This document shows, piece after piece, positions 58,510-64,000 of a stretch of 64,000 nt of DNA. The DNA comes from Perkinsus olseni. Lineage: Eukaryota. The DNA is taken from NCBI GenBank assembly GCA_013115125.1, contig JABANN010000013.1:1-64000 (forward strand). Direction: 5' to 3'. The position numbers were made by a program, and so were the translations under genes. Below the pieces are notes generated by a model that was not told where the DNA came from, searched no databases, and was given only the letters and a program-made list of their open reading frames with translations. Position 1 is the first letter of the stretch, and each line of letters opens with the position of its first letter.

Positions 58510-60027
58510 TTAATCCAACAGATGGCCCCGGGATGGGCTGATCCACCATCTGCTCGGCGTGGGAGAGGCCACTCTTGTAGCTACTCTCTTGTAGCTTCCT
58601 GTAGGGGTCGACAGCGCTGCTATTGCGAGTATGTCTAGAGGATTGCCAGAAGCGTAGCCCATATAACTGAGCTCGGGACGGTGCACACTGCCATGGGCTG
58701 TTGTTTCGCGGGGGACCTCAGCCCCTCCTGACCGTTGCCGAGGCGGCTCTTCCATCTCGGCTCGCCCCAGCACAGTCTCACGACAATCATCAAGCGCTCT
58801 TTTCACACGCTTTCGGTCTTCCAAGTCGGTCTGTGATGGACTCCTCGGCCTGACGGTTCGGGCTACCTCTTCCCCAGTTGCACGAATTTTAACATCTGGT
58901 GGTTGTTGACTCTCAACTCCTCCACTTCCTAATGAGAGTAGCGGCTTCCGTCTTTTCAAGGGGACGGGCCCGCTAGGGAACTCCATCCAAGTTCTCCCGT
59001 CTTCAACAGAATGGCATAATCTCACATGGAAAGGCTTCAGAGGCTCCCGCCACTTGAGGCCGATCTTGTTCCGGAGCGCCCTGCCGAGGTAGTGGACCTC
59101 CTCGTCTCCATTGGGGATGTAACAGCCAAATGTGCCTTCCGCTTCGTCCGAGACCATGCTCGAGTATGGAAGAGTAAGCTCAAAAGCATTGAATGCTAAA
59201 GTACAATCGTCAGTCCCCTTGATCTCCACCGCTATGCCAAAGCTCTCGTTCGCGTACATACCAGCCGGTGGGAAGCCAGCCACAGCATCGCCTCGGGAGA
59301 CGTCGGACCCTTCTGACCGTTGCTGAGGCTGTTCCAGTGTTAGGGCTCGCTTTAACGTAGTTTCATGTAGCTTCCTTTTGCCTCTCGCGGTCCGTGGTGT
59401 ACTACTCCAGCTGATAGGATGGCCCACTAGATTGCCACCTGACGCCTGGACTCTTCCAAATAGCCGGGTGTCACCCTCTTCTATTTTCCTCGGAGTTAGC
59501 GATTCTCGGACCAAAGGAACGACCCCGATAGGGAGTATCATGTAAGTCTTGTTACTTTGCACAGAATGACAAAGCTCTATGTCGGTAGGTCTCAAAGGGT
59601 TCGCCAAGGGGAGACCCAGCATTTTCCGGACCCGATTCCCAATGTGGTGCATTTCGTTATTCTCGGCAGGGATGTAGCAGCTGACCATTGGGCTTGCACT
59701 GTGCAGGATCATACTAGAATATGGAGGCGTGAACAGGGAACCCTGCCTAGCCTGGAATGTGAAAGTACACTTGTCAGGCCGTTCTATCCTCACTATCACC
59801 CCGAATACTTCGTTTTTGTACAAACCAGAAGGAGGGAAACCAGGGCCGGGGTTCGCCATCGCCGGTTTGGCATACGAGTGTTCGCTTTCCACTTGATTTC
59901 TACGCGGGATCTCCCCCCGGTTACTCGATATGCTCTGGCCTCCATTCTTCGCACTGGTGAGGGCGTACGATAGACATGCCAGGTTGGAGAGAATCACAGA
60001 GTACAGCCATAGCCTTGATACGAGCAT
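58510..60027 (-). CDS. Putative secreted protein with two copies of a Cys-containing ~110-aa domain
   Basis: Signal-like MLVSRLWLYSVILSNLACLSYA. The domain FPPxGxYxNExFG...C...PYSSM...CYIP...LCHSV occurs twice. Confidence 0.7.
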   Translation of the reverse strand: MLVSRLWLYSVILSNLACLSYALTSAKNGGQSISSNRGEIPRRNQVESEHSYAKPAMANPGPGFPPSGLYKNEVFGVIVRIERPDKCTFTFQARQGSLFTPPYSSMILHSASPMVSCYIPAENNEMHHIGNRVRKMLGLPLANPLRPTDIELCHSVQSNKTYMILPIGVVPLVRESLTPRKIEEGDTRLFGRVQASGGNLVGHPISWSSTPRTARGKRKLHETTLKRALTLEQPQQRSEGSDVSRGDAVAGFPPAGMYANESFGIAVEIKGTDDCTLAFNAFELTLPYSSMVSDEAEGTFGCYIPNGDEEVHYLGRALRNKIGLKWREPLKPFHVRLCHSVEDGRTWMEFPSGPVPLKRRKPLLSLGSGGVESQQPPDVKIRATGEEVARTVRPRSPSQTDLEDRKRVKRALDDCRETVLGRAEMEEPPRQRSGGAEVPRETTAHGSVHRPELSYMGYASGNPLDILAIAALSTPTGSYKRVATRVASPTPSRWWISPSRGHLLD

Positions 60028-62557
60028 GATGGACCTTCCAGGTAGACAAAGCTCGAGAACTGAAAACACGTTGTCTGAACTCATCGCATCACCACCTTCA
60101 TCCCTCACGAGCTGTGGACTCTACAAGTCCTTCAATCGAAGTGATCTCTCAGGAATTAGTGCGAATCTTTGGTGGAGACGGCGAAGCAAAAGAGCCCTCC
60201 CCGTCTCGTCGCTGTACATTACAGATCGCCCGGATCATGACATCATGGAAACGCGATGCTCGAGGAAATGACACGTCCCTTGGTGGTCATTGGCCACTGA
60301 GAATGCATCAGGTCTGCGTGCCAGAACACTTTGCTGCAACTCGAGAGTCGGTTCAAAAATAGAAAAGTGAAAAGTGAAATAGAAAAGTGCGACGGGCTCT
60401 CATGGCCCAAGGGCATTGGCTCGCTAGATGTGCACCGATCCTGTTCGAGTGGCTTAATACCGAATTATCGAATATAAGATTGCCTGTTTTGCCTGTTTGC
60501 TCACGTCGCCTTTTTCCTCCTAACATAGTACTACCTTCACAATGTGAAGTTCACATTACTATCAGTAATTCTAGCTCTCCTCATCCCGATCACTTCTCGC
60601 TCTACCTGTTCTATCTTGTAAACCACGATTCGAATCTGCTTCTGTTGCGTCCTGATACTACTTCCCCTACAACGAGATGGTCCACATGAATTGTCTGCCG
60701 TAGGTCAGGTGGGCATTCAGACCTGCGTGATTAAACCATTCCGCAATGCCAATATGTTCCAAGTTCAACCCCAAATATAGCCATACTCAAAACGTTAACA
60801 CAAGCCGAGCTACGCCACATCCGAATACCTCATTGAACACCAGTTTAGAAGACTATGCCATGACGGCACTGGTGAGATGAATAATCAGCGTTAGGCCTAT
60901 CGGCTGACCCTGTAACGCCGGCTAAGATACTCCGAAGTTGAATCCTCAAACAGCTCTGTTGGATAACCGACTGACAACTTATCATCCCAGGATATACCAC
61001 CAGGAGATGAGCTGTCCTCACGGTGCTCCCAGCCGCCGTTTCCCTTAGAGATTCTTTCTGTTCTCGGTGGCAGAGCCGCTTGTATCTCGTAGCCGTGAGC
61101 GAGGTTCGAGCCATCCACATCATAGTAATTGAAGCCCTCGTGCTCAGTGGCAGCAGGGAGGTTTGGTAAATACCCCATTCTTTCACCAGACTCGAATAGG
61201 GCCGTACCGAATGGCATCGGAGGTACGTGCGCGGGGTCCTGGCCATGCCGGCTGAACCTTTGGCGCCTCCTATAACGCCTCCAGTGGTACTCCTCGCTCG
61301 TTTTTCCACTGCCGTCTCGTAGGGAGCCAGCGCCTCCTCTCTTAGGCCCTAGTGAAGTATATCCGCAGAATCAAAGCACTTAGTCATTCCGGCTCTCTCG
61401 GTTGATGCCTGGGTCTCGCGCTCGTGGGTCGTTGGCTGGGTGCCTGGATCAGTGCCACGTCTCCTACGGCATTAGTCCGAGCACTATTGTTTTCTTCTTC
61501 CTCGTCGATATCTTCGCCAGTGATGCCCGCGGATGTAGCTGCTGCTGCTAGAACGTCGCTATGATCGTTCGCACTTCCCTCCGACTTGCGTCCATTCCTC
61601 CGGTCTCGCTCCATTCCGCCGTTCCCGTAGCCTCGCTCATGGATTGTTCCAACGTCCGCTGCTTCGCCATTAGTTCCTGTTTTTTCTTGTGGAGGTAACG
61701 GAATCCAACGGCAACCAGTCCGGTGGGAGACACTATCAAAGCTTTCCCCAGGACAATGTGGCATAGCATCATGATTGAGATCATCTGATGGTTCCAATGG
61801 CCGCCAAAGTATGTCTAGTAGATCCCGGAACGCTTGGCCAGGTTTACGAATTTTCTGCTCTCCAGTGGGGATAAAGCAGTGATATGTTCAACCCCTCATG
61901 CTGGGGGTCATACGCGGATAGGGGAGGGCAATGAGGAATGCTTGCCGAAGACGAATGTGAGGCAGTGGGAGCGGAGGCATTAATCTGAGCATGCGTTCGG
62001 CCTTCTTGTCCCCCGTGGACATTGTCAGACCGTGAACACAACGCAAGAGATCACACTTCTGAACATTGCAATGAGTTCAACTTTATCGTAAGGATAATAG
62101 TAAATTTGTAATACATACCATCAGCGCTGGAGCCATGCTGTTAAATGACCCATCAAGGCAGGTCTCCTCCGTCTTTTACCCCACCATCCCCTTGTGTTAG
62201 CAGACTTCGGAGGATGCTCTCTCCTACGGAAGGGGACGGGCCACTCTCGTAGCTTCGTGCAGGGATTTCTGTGGACAGCGCTGCTACCGCAAGTATGTTC
62301 ATAGGATTGCCGAAGCGTATCCCGTAAAAATATGCTCAGGACTGCGCACACTGCTAGTTGATGCCATTTTAGGGGAGACCTCGCACCCCTCAGACCGTTG
62401 CCGAGGCTGCCCCACTATGGTGGTTTGCTCCGGCGCGGCTTCATGAAGCTTCCTTTTGCCTCTCGTGGTTCGCGGCATCTTCTCGAGCTGATGAGACGGC
62501 CCACTACTGTAGATTGTCTTCTGACCCCTGGGCTCCTCCAGGTAGCCGGGTGAAACG

Positions 62558-63109
62558 CTACTCTATCTTCCTCGAAGGCAGCGACTCCCAGACCAAAGGA
62601 ACGACCTCTATAGGGAGTATCAGACAAGTCCTGTTACTTAACACAGAATGACAGAGCTTTATGTCGAAGGGGCTCAAAGAAGATCGCTTTCTGAGGCCCA
62701 GCATCTCCCGGACCGGATTCCTAAAGTAGCGCACCGTATCGTCCCCGGCGGGGATGTAGCAGTCGAACAACGGATTTGTACTGTGCAAAATCATACTAGA
62801 ATATGGAGGTGTGAACAAGTAACCCTGCTCAGTGTGGAACGTGAAACTGCATGTGTCAGGCCCTTCTATCCTCACCGCCACTCCGAAGGTCTCGTTTTTG
62901 TACAAGCCAGGAGGCGGGAAACGTAGCTCCCAGCTCGCTTTCGCCGACTTGGCGTACGAGTGTTCGCTTTCCACTTGAGTCCTACGCGGGATCTCCCCCC
63001 GGTAACTCGATATGCTCTGGCCTTCACTATTCGTACTCGTGGGGGCTTGCGATCGGCATGCCAGGATGGAGAGAATCGCAGAGTACAGCGACAGCCTTGA
63101 TACGAACAT
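62558..63109 (-). CDS. Paralogous secreted protein, single domain, truncated by a premature TAG (possible pseudogene)
   Basis: Aligns to the N-terminal part of 58510-60027. GAG>TAG at 62558-62560; homologous but frameshifted sequence continues to about 62120. Confidence 0.6.
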   Translation of the reverse strand: MFVSRLSLYSAILSILACRSQAPTSTNSEGQSISSYRGEIPRRTQVESEHSYAKSAKASWELRFPPPGLYKNETFGVAVRIEGPDTCSFTFHTEQGYLFTPPYSSMILHSTNPLFDCYIPAGDDTVRYFRNPVREMLGLRKRSSLSPFDIKLCHSVLSNRTCLILPIEVVPLVWESLPSRKIE

Positions 63110-64000
63110 GATGAACAATCCAAGATGGCGGAATCCGAGACTGACAAGACGCCGTTGTCCGAACGCACCGCATTCGATGAACAACCTCCTCACGACTCTC
63201 ATCCCTCCGGGCTGTGGACTCGGCAAGGCGGGATGGGTCCTACAAGTCTCTCTATCGAAGTTATCTCGAAGGAATTAGTGCTCGAGACGGTGAAGCAAGA
63301 GAGCCGTTCCTGTCTCGTCGCTGTACATTACAGACCGCCCAGGTTACGATGTCATGGAAATGGGATGCTCGAAAACATGACATGTCCCTCGGTGGCCATT
63401 GATCGCCACTGGGGTGGGCACTGCGAGCGCATCGGGTCTGCATTCCTGAACACCTTGCTATAACTCGAAAGTCGACCCAAAAGCCAAGAGTTTGACGGCC
63501 ATGACGGACTCCCTTGATCAAAGGACCTCAGATCGCTTGTTCCAATTTGGTTAAGTGGCTCAATTCCGAATGACTATCCCTCACAGTAAAATCCTAATTT
63601 GCCTGTTCGCTCATGGGCCCTCATGTCGCTCTTGTCTACCTATTTTGTAGTACATAACACAAGACTAGATTCACGTTACTATTAGTAAGGTTCTAACCCT
63701 CATTATCTCGATTACTTCTCCGTCCACCTACTCTATCTCGTCGACTACGAGCCCAATCTACTTATGTTGCGTTCTAACACTACTTTCCCTACAACGCGAC
63801 AGTGCATATGAATTATCTGCCGTGGGGCCGCGTGGGCAGTAAGATCTGCGTGATTAACCCGTTCCACAACGTGAATATGTCGACGCTCATCCCGTGTTGT
63901 ATCCATATTCACAACGTTAACACAAGCCGAGCTACGCCACATCCGAACACCTCATTGAACACCAATTTCGAATACTGAGCCGTGATGGCCCTGTTATGGT

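Larger units (their letters stand above)
58150..64000. repeat. Diverged tandem segmental duplication (about 58150-60870 vs about 61980-64000)
   Basis: Matching blocks include 58181-58235 vs 62008-62062 and 60790-60843 vs 63912-63964; homology covers non-coding DNA. Confidence 0.85.

Noticed and set aside
60845-61797. Short minus-strand ORFs between the two secreted-protein copies
   Set aside because: They may be exons or decayed coding sequence, but I could not assemble a consistent gene or recognise a family.

Overview
A gene-dense eukaryotic genomic segment with many short GT-AG introns (often about 45-100 nt) and moderately high GC. The gene style suggests an alveolate protist, probably Perkinsus (inference only). 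Recognisable genes: an EML/WD40 protein, a TLDc protein, 5-oxoprolinase, UTP25/DEF, an RMND5/Gid2-like E3 ligase, a GT31 glycosyltransferase, a family-A DNA polymerase, NadD/NMNAT, two short-chain dehydrogenases, RPL10A, a CFAP47-like protein and a multi-TM protein kinase. Four apparently lineage-specific tandem families are present: three C2H2-like zinc-finger genes, two AT-hook genes, three acidic 'DYFGH-x-x-GHP' genes and a duplicated secreted protein. Non-coding signals that the ORF track does not show: two box C/D snoRNAs at RPL10A with guides complementary to recalled conserved 18S rRNA sequence, and a densely base-paired, pseudoknotted ~390-nt minus-strand RNA-like element at 14.64-15.03 kb. 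Exon boundaries were read by eye and many gene ends are approximate.
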